From: a candidate division TM6 bacterium GW2011_GWF2_28_16
GTDB taxonomy: Bacteria > Patescibacteriota > Microgenomatia > UBA1400 > PJMF01
Direction: 5' to 3'
Assembly: GCA_001029715.1 (NCBI GenBank)
Contig: CP011212.1
Span: forward strand, 398,936 to 462,935
DNA: 64,000 nucleotides
In this document: piece by piece, positions 27,916 through 37,270 of the stretch
Position numbering within the stretch: position 1 is the first letter of the stretch
How the letters are laid out: the number at the start of each line of letters is the position of its first letter
The notes under the pieces: model-generated
Seen by the model: only the letters and a program-made list of their open reading frames with translations
Told to the model about the DNA's origin: nothing
Database searches by the model: none
Translations under genes and position numbers: made by a program

Positions 27916-27948
27916 ATATTGAAATTGAGTACAAATTGATTTCAATAT
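27916..27948. promoter_or_regulatory. Inverted repeat (ATATTGAAAT-N13-ATTTCAATAT), candidate operator upstream of the wHTH gene
   Basis: 10-bp perfect arms at 27916-27925 and 27939-27948, centred ~28 bp upstream of the ATG at 27960. Confidence 0.4.
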
Positions 27949-27959
27949 AAGGAGTAGCC

Positions 27960-28559
27960 ATGGCAGATCTAAGCGATTTATTAGTTTCAAAAGTTAGAGT
28001 AAAAATGCTTTCACTTTTCTTTGAAAAGCCGAGTGAAATGTATTACGTTAGAGAGATTACTCGTTTAGTTAAAGAAGAGATTAATGCCGTTCGTCGTGAA
28101 TTAGACAGAATGCTAGAGTGTGGTTTGCTGAAAAGCGAGCAACGAGCCAATCGTCTCTATTATTTTCTCAATAAAAAATATTTATATTTCCAAGAATTGC
28201 AGAGAATTGTAATCAAAACAACTGGTCTTGGCAAAAAAATTCGCAAATTTAGACGTAAATTAGGCAACTTGAGTTATGTGGCTTTTACTGGAGCCTTTTT
28301 AAATCAAGAGAAGCTAAATAAAGACGAATTGGATATTTTAATTGTTGGAGAAGTTGTTTTGCCAGAAATAGAAGATTTGATAAAAACTGAGGAAAAAAGT
28401 TTTGGTCGAGAGATCAATTACGCAGTTTTAGAAACTGAAGAATTTGAATTTCGCAAGGCTCGTCGAGATCCTTTCATCATGGAAGTAATGTATGGTGCCA
28501 GAGTAATGATTATTGGAGATGAACTTGAATTTTGTCATCGCGAATTGCCAACAATCTAG
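27960..28559 (+). CDS. Winged-helix regulator fused to a Pol-beta-type nucleotidyltransferase-like domain
   Basis: N-terminal wHTH-like segment (YVREITRLV...AVRRELDRMLECGLL). C-terminal FTGAFLNQEKLNKDELDILIVGE resembles the G[GS]-x9-13-DxD NTase core. Confidence 0.5.
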   Translation: MADLSDLLVSKVRVKMLSLFFEKPSEMYYVREITRLVKEEINAVRRELDRMLECGLLKSEQRANRLYYFLNKKYLYFQELQRIVIKTTGLGKKIRKFRRKLGNLSYVAFTGAFLNQEKLNKDELDILIVGEVVLPEIEDLIKTEEKSFGREINYAVLETEEFEFRKARRDPFIMEVMYGARVMIIGDELEFCHRELPTI

Positions 28560-28610
28560 TTGTCTAATTTATTATTTTTTGCTAGAGTGAGCTGTCACGG
28601 TAAAGTCTTT

Positions 28611-29984
28611 ATGAAAAAGCAATCTTTGGCTAAATCTTTATTTTTAATTTTTTTCCTAACTGTTTTTGCTGCCTTTATTGCTTTACCAGATAAAATTGGT
28701 GATTTTACTAAGCCAAAAATTGACTTTTATATACTAGGTAAGCATGTTTATAAAGATTATCAATTGCGAAAGGGCTTGGATATTCAGGGTGGGATGCAGG
28801 TTACTCTTGAAGCAGAAATGGAGCAAATTTCTGAAGAAGACAGGGCTACTGCCTTGGAGGCGTCTAGGGAAATTATTGCCAAAAGAGTTGATCTTTATGG
28901 TATTAGCGAATCTTCAATTCAGACCTCCAAAGCAGAAGGTAAGAATCGTTTAATCATTGAATTGCCTGGAATTTCTGATCCAGCAGAGGCTTTGGAGTTA
29001 GTTGGTAGAACCGCTTTATTAGAATTTAAATTGCAGAGAGAATTAACAGATGAAGAAATGAATGAGGCAACAGTTTCTCCACAAATTTGGCTCAACTCTT
29101 TTGTTGATACTGGTCTAACTGGTAAGCAGCTCAAAAGATCTCAAGCTCAACTAGACCCGCAAACTTCAAAGCCAGTAATTTCTTTAGAAATGAATGATGA
29201 TGGTAGAGAACTATTTGCCGATATCACAAAAAATAATGTTGATCAGGTTCTAGCCATTTTTATTGATGGCGTGCCAATTATGACACCAGTGATTTCTACA
29301 GCAATTCTTGATGGCAAAGCAATTATTAGTGGTAATTTTACAATTGATGAGGCCAAAAATTTAGCTATTCAGCTTAATGCGGGTGCGCTGCCAGTTAACA
29401 TTAAAGTTTTAGAGCAAAAAACCATAGGAGCTAGTTTGGGCGATGAATCAATTCAAAAAAGTGTCAAAGCAGGCCTGATTGGTTTAGCTATGGTTCTTTT
29501 ATTTATGATTCTTTATTACGGTTGGTTGGGTTTTGTGGCTGATATTTCTCTGATAATTTATGCAATTCTAACCATCGCTCTTTATAAAATTTTTGGAGTA
29601 GTTCTGACATTGCCTGGGATCGCTGGTTTAATTTTAACTATTGGCATGGCTGTTGATTCTAATATTTTAATTTTTGAAAGAATGAAGGAGGAAATAAGAA
29701 TTGGTCATCCTTATGCTCGAGCAATGGAGCTTGGTTTTGGTCGTGCTTGGGACAGTATTAAAGATGCCAATTTAGCCTCTATTTTCACGGCTTTAGTCCT
29801 CATTAATCCACTTAATTTTTCTTTTCTTAATACAAGTGGTTTAGTCAAGGGTTTTGGTCTGACTTTTTTACTCGGTACTTTACTCAGCTTATTTACTGGA
29901 GTTTTAGTTAGTCGTTTGTTGCTTAGGGCTTTTCTGCCTCTTTTTAATCGAGAAAAACGAATAGGCAAGGAATCTAAATCATGA
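28611..29984 (+). CDS. secD: Protein translocase subunit SecD
   Basis: N-terminal TM, large periplasmic domain with GLDIQGGMQV, C-terminal 6-TM bundle. Start taken at ATG 28611 (MKKQSLAKS). Confidence 0.85.
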   Translation: MKKQSLAKSLFLIFFLTVFAAFIALPDKIGDFTKPKIDFYILGKHVYKDYQLRKGLDIQGGMQVTLEAEMEQISEEDRATALEASREIIAKRVDLYGISESSIQTSKAEGKNRLIIELPGISDPAEALELVGRTALLEFKLQRELTDEEMNEATVSPQIWLNSFVDTGLTGKQLKRSQAQLDPQTSKPVISLEMNDDGRELFADITKNNVDQVLAIFIDGVPIMTPVISTAILDGKAIISGNFTIDEAKNLAIQLNAGALPVNIKVLEQKTIGASLGDESIQKSVKAGLIGLAMVLLFMILYYGWLGFVADISLIIYAILTIALYKIFGVVLTLPGIAGLILTIGMAVDSNILIFERMKEEIRIGHPYARAMELGFGRAWDSIKDANLASIFTALVLINPLNFSFLNTSGLVKGFGLTFLLGTLLSLFTGVLVSRLLLRAFLPLFNREKRIGKESKS

Positions 29985-30856
29985 AATTAATGAGGTTTAA
30001 AAAAATATATTTTGCGATTTCTTTATTCTTTTTAATTCCAGGAATGATTTCCTTGTTTTTATTTGGTTTGAAGCCAGCTATTGATTTTACTGGGGGCTCT
30101 TTACTTGAATTGCAATTTTTAGATCAAGGAGAAAACTCCAATTATTCAGAGGCTAATTTCAAAGATAGTATTGCTAGCTTATATGAAGCAAACGTGGTCC
30201 AGAGTTCAGGAGACAATAAGATGATTGTTAAAGGTAAAGAAATTACTAATCAAGAAAAAGATGAAATCGTCAGCCAACTTAATCAGGTATATGGACAAGT
30301 AGAAGTTTTACGCTTTGAAACAGTTGGACCAGTTTTAGGTGCCGAGCTTTTGAAAAAAACTCTGGCAGCTGTTTTCTTAGTTTCTGGGATTATCACTTTT
30401 TATGTTTGGAAGCAATTTGATGAACTCAAATACGGCGTTTGTGCTGTTCTAGCTATGTTGCACGATTCGCTTATTTTAATTGGCGCATTCAGCCTATTAG
30501 GGCATTTTTTCAATGTTGAAGTTGATGTTCTATTTGTAACAGCTTTATTAACAACACTATCCTTTTCTGTTCACGATACAATTGTTGTTTATGACCGGAT
30601 TAGAGAGCTTAAAAGAAAACACACTCGTTTTTCATTTGAAGAAATTACTAGTGCCGCTGTTCTAGAAACTTTGAGTAGATCAATTAATAACTCAATGACG
30701 ATTATTATCATGTTATTAAGCTTGGCAATTTTAGGAGGAGATAGCATTCGTTGGTTTGTAATTGCCTTATTAATTGGTGCAATTACGGGGACCTATTCGA
30801 GTACTTTTACTGCTGTACCTTTACTTTTAGTTGTTGGAAAAAAGAAAATTAAATAA
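29981..30856 (+). CDS. secF: Protein translocase subunit SecF
   Basis: IDFTGGSLLELQF and a 6-TM C-terminal domain. Overlaps secD by 4 nt. Confidence 0.85.
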   Translation: MKLMRFKKIYFAISLFFLIPGMISLFLFGLKPAIDFTGGSLLELQFLDQGENSNYSEANFKDSIASLYEANVVQSSGDNKMIVKGKEITNQEKDEIVSQLNQVYGQVEVLRFETVGPVLGAELLKKTLAAVFLVSGIITFYVWKQFDELKYGVCAVLAMLHDSLILIGAFSLLGHFFNVEVDVLFVTALLTTLSFSVHDTIVVYDRIRELKRKHTRFSFEEITSAAVLETLSRSINNSMTIIIMLLSLAILGGDSIRWFVIALLIGAITGTYSSTFTAVPLLLVVGKKKIK

Positions 30857-32429
30857 GTTTTTTAGCTTCTTTTAATAGTTCTTCTCTTGTATTTAGTTCT
30901 GGATTCTCTAAAATCTTTTCAAGCAATTTATCAAGTATTTCGCCAAGAATTGGTCCTGGTTTAAGAGATAATTCTTTCATCAAATCATTTCCATTAATGG
31001 CAAGATCATCTAAGCCCATGGGTTGATTGAGTTGCTCGATAATTCTGTTTTTCATTTCCTCTAGTCGCCAGCTGGTTTTTTTAGCGCCACTGCCAAGACG
31101 ATCGCCTTCTCGCAAATCGAGAATGTCATCAATGTTTTCAAAACCAACTCGACGAATGAAACGACGAATAGAGGAATCAGAATGATGTTCTTGATAATGA
31201 AACATGTGATATCTAACAAGAATAAAAACTCTTTGAGCATCTTTCTTTGACATTCTTAGTCTCAAAGCAATTTTGCTAGCTATGCGAGAACCTAAAATAT
31301 CATGATTATAAAAGGTAATTTCTTCATTTTCTTCTCTATAAGAAGGTGGTTTACCTATATCATGAAGAAGGGCAGCTAATCTAACAATTGGATCTTTGGA
31401 AGGGCAGTGTCTTAAGCTATCAATGCTATGTGTCCAGACATCGGTGGTGTGGTGCCCGCGTTGCTGCATGTTTATTCCTTGGTAAAGTTCTGGAATAATT
31501 TGCTCTAAAAGTCCAGATTCATCAAGCATTTCTATGCCTTTAGCTGGATTATCACTGGCCAAGATTTTTAAAAACTCATCTCTAATTCTTTCAAAACTAA
31601 TAAATTTTAATAAATCTTTATGAAATCTGATGGCGTAATAAGTTTCAGTATCTATGTCCATGTTGAGTTGCACTGCTAAGCGAATGGCGCGTAGCATACG
31701 CAAGGCGTCCTCAATAAATCTTTGATCCGCTTTGCCAACAGTGCGAATAATTCTTTTACTGATATCAGTTTTGCCATCATGCAAATCTATTAAGTCAAAA
31801 TCAGCTAACTCAAGTTCATAGGAAGTTTTAATTTCTTTCTGAGTAAAGATATTTTTTAGATACTTTTCGTTAACGCTAATAGCAAGAGCGTTGATGGTAA
31901 AATCTCTTCTTTCCAAATCTTCTTCAATGCTTTTACCGAAATCCACGCTTTCTGGTCGACGATGATCTAAATATTCTCCATCACTACGAAAAGTAGTCAT
32001 CTCGAAAGGAGGAACAGTTTTGATTTCTCTTTCTGGTTCTTGATCAGCGGAGGAGGCTTTATCTTTTAATGAGGCATGAATTTTCTTGGCTTTTTTGAGA
32101 TCAATAATTCTATTGGTTTTAACTTCTTCTTTTTGAATCATTGCGATCAAATTTTTGTCTGGGAGTTGATATTTCTTGCTCATTTCAACAATTAGATTTT
32201 CATGAGTTACGCTGACCGTGCCAAATTTATTTTCATAAAAATTTTCCGCAAAGATTTTTTGGATTTCTTCTGGAACGGCATTACTGGTAAAATCATAGTC
32301 CTTAATAGAATCAGGTTTAAAGTTCATAATTAGATCACGAACAGCTCCGCCTACCAAGAAACTTGAAAAACCTGCTTCATTAAAACGATGGAGTATATAC
32401 AAAACTTCAAATGGTAAATTTAAGCGCAT
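30849..32429 (-). CDS. cca: CCA-adding enzyme / poly(A) polymerase family with HD domain
   Basis: FLVGGAVRDL...DYDF nucleotidyltransferase head and HDIGK HD motif. Confidence 0.8.
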   Translation of the reverse strand: MRLNLPFEVLYILHRFNEAGFSSFLVGGAVRDLIMNFKPDSIKDYDFTSNAVPEEIQKIFAENFYENKFGTVSVTHENLIVEMSKKYQLPDKNLIAMIQKEEVKTNRIIDLKKAKKIHASLKDKASSADQEPEREIKTVPPFEMTTFRSDGEYLDHRRPESVDFGKSIEEDLERRDFTINALAISVNEKYLKNIFTQKEIKTSYELELADFDLIDLHDGKTDISKRIIRTVGKADQRFIEDALRMLRAIRLAVQLNMDIDTETYYAIRFHKDLLKFISFERIRDEFLKILASDNPAKGIEMLDESGLLEQIIPELYQGINMQQRGHHTTDVWTHSIDSLRHCPSKDPIVRLAALLHDIGKPPSYREENEEITFYNHDILGSRIASKIALRLRMSKKDAQRVFILVRYHMFHYQEHHSDSSIRRFIRRVGFENIDDILDLREGDRLGSGAKKTSWRLEEMKNRIIEQLNQPMGLDDLAINGNDLMKELSLKPGPILGEILDKLLEKILENPELNTREELLKEAKKLI

Positions 32430-32453
32430 GGCTTTATTATAATTCTAAACACA

Positions 32454-34100
32454 ATGAAATGGCATATTCAATCAGCGATCATTCCTAAAGACCTTGAAGA
32501 ACTAGGTAAAATTCTCCTTGCCAATAGAGAGATAGAAGATGAAAAAACATTTTTTAAGGGGATCTCTCCATTTAAGATTAGTCTTGAAGATCTAGGAATT
32601 GAACGTAGCGAGTTGGATAAAATTAAGCATCGCCTTAAAAAAGCCAAGGCCAAACAAGAGAAAATCATCATTTTTGGGGATTATGATGCCGATGGAATTA
32701 GCGCCAGTGCAGTGCTTTGGCAGGTTCTTCATGCAGAGAAATATAATGTTTTACCATTTATTCCCAATCGCCTTAAACATGGCTACGGTTTATCTGTTAG
32801 AGCCCTTGATGACTTGTTAAAAGATCAAGCTGACACTGCATTAATCATTACTGTCGACAATGGCATCGTGGCTCATCCTGCTCTTAAGTTACTTAAAGAG
32901 AAAAAAATTGACGTTATTATCAGTGATCATCATCAGCGAGATGAAGAAAAACTAGATGCTTTAGCAGTTTTTCATTCAACTAAGGTTTGTGGTTGTGCAG
33001 TAGCTTGGTTTTTAGCTAGAGAGTTGAGTACTAATTCTGATCGAAAGCTTTTAACTAATTTATTAGCTTTGGTGGCAATTGCTACTGTCACAGATCTGAT
33101 GCCTTTGCTTTCATATAACCGTTATTTATTGATGTACGGCTTGGCAGTTCTTAGAGCTAATAATAATCTTGGTTTGGAACAGCTTTTGCTTAAAGCTAAG
33201 ATCGATCCAGAAAATATTGATGCTTATACCCTGGGTTTTCAGATAGGTCCACGCATTAACGCCATGGGGCGTTTGGCTGAGGGTATGGATGCTCTGCGTT
33301 TGCTTTGTACTAAGGATAAGAAAAAAGCAGTTGCTCTCAGTAATCTTCTTTATAGTACCAATGAAGATCGACAAAATTTAACTTTAGATTTAACCAAACA
33401 AGCAGAAGAAATAGTCACCAAAGAAAAAGATGAAAAAATCATCATTTTGAGTTCTGCTGATTATCATGAAGGTATTATTGGTTTAATTGCTGGCAGAATG
33501 ACTGAGAAATTTTCTAAGCCAAGTATTGTCATTAGTGCTGGTTTAGACGTGGCCAAGGCGTCAGCCCGTTCTTTACCTGGTTTTAATATTACTGAATTTA
33601 TTCGCTTATTTAAAAAGGATTTATTAGAAGTTGGCGGTCATCCTTTAGCAGCTGGCTTTGCTTTAAAAACTTCGAAGATTGAAGAAGTCAAAAAAGCCAT
33701 GCAAGCTAAAGCAAAAGAGCTTTTGGCAGATACGAATTTAGAGAAAACTTTAGAATTGGAAGCAATTATGCCAGTGAACCTTTTGAATACCGAGACAGTA
33801 GGGTTAGTTAATAGCTTTGCTCCTTTTGGTTTGGCTAATACCAAGCCAGTTTTTCTTATAAAAAACGTTTTACTTAAAAACTATAAATTACTCGGTAAAG
33901 AACAGCAGCATTTAAAATTATCGATTTCAATCGGAGAAGATAACTCAGAGTACGATGTTTTAGCCTGGGGAAGAGCAAGCTTGCTTAATACCCTCAAATT
34001 GGAAGAACGATTTGATTTAGCTGTTTCTTTAGAAATTAATAGTTTCAGAGGGAGAGACAAATTGCAATTTGCTCTTAGAGATCTTCAAAAAGTTAGTTAA
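32454..34100 (+). CDS. recJ: Single-stranded-DNA-specific exonuclease RecJ
   Basis: DHH family motifs IIIFGDYDADGISA, ITVDNGI and ISDHHQ. Confidence 0.85.
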   Translation: MKWHIQSAIIPKDLEELGKILLANREIEDEKTFFKGISPFKISLEDLGIERSELDKIKHRLKKAKAKQEKIIIFGDYDADGISASAVLWQVLHAEKYNVLPFIPNRLKHGYGLSVRALDDLLKDQADTALIITVDNGIVAHPALKLLKEKKIDVIISDHHQRDEEKLDALAVFHSTKVCGCAVAWFLARELSTNSDRKLLTNLLALVAIATVTDLMPLLSYNRYLLMYGLAVLRANNNLGLEQLLLKAKIDPENIDAYTLGFQIGPRINAMGRLAEGMDALRLLCTKDKKKAVALSNLLYSTNEDRQNLTLDLTKQAEEIVTKEKDEKIIILSSADYHEGIIGLIAGRMTEKFSKPSIVISAGLDVAKASARSLPGFNITEFIRLFKKDLLEVGGHPLAAGFALKTSKIEEVKKAMQAKAKELLADTNLEKTLELEAIMPVNLLNTETVGLVNSFAPFGLANTKPVFLIKNVLLKNYKLLGKEQQHLKLSISIGEDNSEYDVLAWGRASLLNTLKLEERFDLAVSLEINSFRGRDKLQFALRDLQKVS

Positions 34101-34107
34101 AAATAAA

Positions 34108-34144
34108 AAACCGCAAACTTTGCAGCCTGCGGTTTCTATTTTTT
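34108..34144. terminator. Bidirectional rho-independent terminator between recJ and the convergent dsbA-like gene
   Basis: AAACCGCA-loop-TGCGGTTT stem flanked by A-run upstream and T-run downstream; it works on both strands. Confidence 0.6.
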
Positions 34145-34159
34145 AAATTAATTTATAAA

Positions 34160-34981
34160 TTAAAGATGTTTTTCCAATAATGCTTCTACCTGTTCAATTG
34201 GCAGAGCACCAGGAATTAGCTCAAAACCACCCTTTTTACTAACGATGACTGTTCCTGGAGTACCAGTAATGCCAGCTTTTGAGCCACCAACTTGGTCATC
34301 TTTGACGCTTTGTGCCATTTCGTTACTATCAATACAAGCTTTAACTTTATTAGTATCGGCACCTGCAGCAGTAGCTAGAGAGAGAATCATTTCTTCACTA
34401 ACTATTTTATTAGTAGCATCAGTACCAAAGATTGAGCCATCAGCCATTTTTTCGTAAACGCTGTCAGAGAATTTCCAGAAAGCATCTTCGCTACCGTAAG
34501 TAGCTACACATTCACTTGCTTCAGCAAGAGGCTGAGCATTTGGATGGAAAGAAAGTGGGAAATGTCTGTAAACCCAAGCAATTTGGTCGCCATATTTATC
34601 CATTAAGCTGGTCATAGTTGGGTGAAATTTATTACAGTAAGGACACTCGTAATCTGAATATTCGACCAAAACGACTTTAGCATTCTTATTGCCACGAATA
34701 TGATCAGTTTTTGCATCAAAAGCTGGTAAACTTTCTAATTTTTTTTGGGCAGCGGCTTCAGCGACAGTCGTGTCAGCAACTGCGGTTCCACCAGCGCCAA
34801 TTCCGCTTTTGAGTATTTTATTTTCTCTCCATAGAGAACCAGTTAAAAATCCCAAAAGGAATGCCATAATTAATAAAATAATGATAGAAAAATTAGCGTT
34901 TACAAAATCGCTAAAAGCTTTTAAAGAAAATTTGCTTACCACAAGCTGTGGAGCTTCTTTTTGTTGAATTTTTTTTGCCAT
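34160..34981 (-). CDS. Membrane-anchored thiol:disulfide oxidoreductase (DsbA/BdbD-like thioredoxin fold)
   Basis: N-terminal TM. CPYC active site (YSDYECPYCNKFH). Confidence 0.75.
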   Translation of the reverse strand: MAKKIQQKEAPQLVVSKFSLKAFSDFVNANFSIIILLIMAFLLGFLTGSLWRENKILKSGIGAGGTAVADTTVAEAAAQKKLESLPAFDAKTDHIRGNKNAKVVLVEYSDYECPYCNKFHPTMTSLMDKYGDQIAWVYRHFPLSFHPNAQPLAEASECVATYGSEDAFWKFSDSVYEKMADGSIFGTDATNKIVSEEMILSLATAAGADTNKVKACIDSNEMAQSVKDDQVGGSKAGITGTPGTVIVSKKGGFELIPGALPIEQVEALLEKHL

Positions 34982-35057
34982 AAGGCCTTTCCTAAAAAAT
35001 ATAATAAAAGTAGATTACAATATGCCTTATTAGAAAGAATTTTACAAGCAGAATATT

Positions 35058-35834
35058 ATGACTAAATCAAGACAGCTTAGTATTTACGAAAAAAATCAAT
35101 TGCTTAGATATGGTTTAAAGGAAGATGATCTTTTAGCTAGAGCTGAAATGCCTGTCGAATATTTGACTGGCTTTGTAAACTTCAAAAATTTAGAAATAAA
35201 AGTTAATCAAAATGTTTTAATTCCTAGGGTAGAAACTGAAGAATTAATTGATTTAATAACTAATTTTATTGATTCTATTAGAGCGCCACTTTCTTGTTTA
35301 GAAGTAGGTACGGGAAGCGGAGCAATCAGTCTTGCTCTTTTTGATTTTTTATCAAGACAAAAAAATTTACTTTTGGAAAAATTTATTTTAACTGATCTTT
35401 CTACAGCTGCCTTAAAAATAGCTAAAGAAAATTTTTCTAGATTATTTGGAACAGGATCTCTTTCAAAAATTCAATTTTTAGAAAATGATTTGTTGAGTGG
35501 ATTTTCAGAGCAAAAGTTTAATTTAATTGTTGCTAATCTCCCATATGTTCCTTCTGGCAAAATGGCAAATTTAGACTTAAGCGTCAAAGATTATGAACCA
35601 ATTTTAGCTCTTAATGGAGGAGAGAGCGGTTTTGAATTGATTAACAAAATGCTAGAACAAGTTTTAGATAAAGAATTATTGAGTGAAAAAGGTCAAATTT
35701 TTTTAGAGGTCTATGAAAATCACAACATTCAATTTATTAAAGAGAAGTTCCCTAAAATCTTTCAAAATTTTTCAATTAGAGAATCCAAAGATCAATTTAA
35801 TAGACAGCGTTTTTTAATTCTTCAGAAGATTTAG
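35058..35834 (+). CDS. prmC: HemK/PrmC-family protein-(glutamine-N5) methyltransferase
   Basis: VGTGSGAISLAL (SAM motif I) and IVANLPYVPS (NPPY-type motif, here NLPY). Confidence 0.6.
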   Translation: MTKSRQLSIYEKNQLLRYGLKEDDLLARAEMPVEYLTGFVNFKNLEIKVNQNVLIPRVETEELIDLITNFIDSIRAPLSCLEVGTGSGAISLALFDFLSRQKNLLLEKFILTDLSTAALKIAKENFSRLFGTGSLSKIQFLENDLLSGFSEQKFNLIVANLPYVPSGKMANLDLSVKDYEPILALNGGESGFELINKMLEQVLDKELLSEKGQIFLEVYENHNIQFIKEKFPKIFQNFSIRESKDQFNRQRFLILQKI

Positions 35835-36947
35835 GTATTGCTCTGCGACTTTTTCTATTTGATATTTTTTTATAAAGTTTTGTTGGGCATTCTTAGCTAG
35901 TTTTTTTTGTAAATTTTTATCTTTAAGTAATTCAATGATTTTATTTGATAAATCAATGTAATCTTTATTTTTAGCTAATAAAGAATTTTTTTCGTTGCTG
36001 AGGATTTCGTTTCCAGGGGCACGATCAAAGGCAACAATTGGTTTAGCAAAGGCCATGGCTTCAATAATGGTTAAACCAAAACCCTCTAGAGACCAAACTG
36101 AGGGGCAGACAATCAGCTCACTCTCTTCGATAGCTTTTTGTTTATTTTTAACATATTGAAGAAATTTAATTTGTTGATCATTTTTAGCCATCAATTTAAG
36201 TTCTTTTTCAAAATTTCCTTGACCGATAATTAGGAGCTCGGCATCTTTAAATTCTTTTTTGACTAAGGCAAAAGCTTTAATTGCTAAATCTTGTCCTTTA
36301 CCTTTTTCAAGTCTAGAGATAACAGTAATAGTTCGTTTTTTAATTGTTTTTTGTCTTTTTAATGAGGGAATAAAACTTCCACAAGGAATAATAATCATTT
36401 TTTCTTTGGCAAAGACTTTTTTGAGGGCAAATTAAGTGTTATTTGATGGAACAATAATTTTAGAAGCAATATTTTTAGTTAGGAAATAAAGGAATTTTGG
36501 AATTCCTCTGAGTTTTACAAAAAGTGGTTCCAGTGGACCATACTCTATGAAAAAAGTGGGCAAATTAAACAACTTAGATAAAGGTCCGGGAATAATTTTT
36601 TCTGAAAAACCAGAGTAAATAACAACTTGTTTTGAAGATCTTTTTTTAATCTCTGAGAAGACTTTGAAATAATAAATTATGGCAAAAGGGCTTAGTAAAA
36701 TACTTTTTAGTAAACCTCTCCGATTGCTGGCAAAATCTAAATAAAGAGGAGTTTTTTTAACTTGTAGATTTTTTTTGTTAGTTAAGTTTTTTAATAGAAA
36801 GTCATTGCTGGTGTAAAGATATACAAAATTGCCCTTTTTAGCCAATTCAAGCAATAAATCTTTGGCGAATTGTTCTGCTCCGCCGAAATCTTTACTTTGA
36901 AGGAAAAAGTTAATAGTTATTTTTTTCGGTTTGAACGATGATTCCAT
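35814..36947 (-). pseudogene. GT4-family glycosyltransferase interrupted by a single in-frame TAA (codon at 36432-36434)
   Basis: The N-terminal GT4 half (36432-36947) and the C-terminal half (35814-36398, EX7E-like region, LLIIGQG...) are in the same reading frame. They are separated only by the stop; read-through gives ...VPSNNT*FALKKVFAKEKMIIIPCG... Confidence 0.6.
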
Positions 36948-37164
36948 TTAGATTTTCTGGCAACATATCTGATATTTTTTCAAAAAATGGTCTAAAAATA
37001 GGAATTAAAATATTGACTAAAACTAATAGGACAATGATGTTAAAAAACCAAGCTCCTGCGCTACGAGCCATTCCAGCCAAAAAATTTTTCCTCATAACCA
37101 TCCAATTACTGACATCATAAATAGTGTCGTGTTTTTCTAAGTTGAGTTTATGGTCTTTTGTCAT
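36910..37164 (-). CDS. Small membrane protein, hypothetical
   Basis: 84 aa with one TM. Overlaps the GT4 start by 38 nt. Confidence 0.3.
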   Translation of the reverse strand: MTKDHKLNLEKHDTIYDVSNWMVMRKNFLAGMARSAGAWFFNIIVLLVLVNILIPIFRPFFEKISDMLPENLNGIIVQTEKNNY

Positions 37165-37270
37165 TTTTATATTCTAGCTTTTCTTTTTAACTAACTCAAG
37201 CAAAAGAATTTTGTTGATGTTATACTTGACGCATTCAAAATCAAAAAATTTAAAAATAGAAAGGTTTTTA

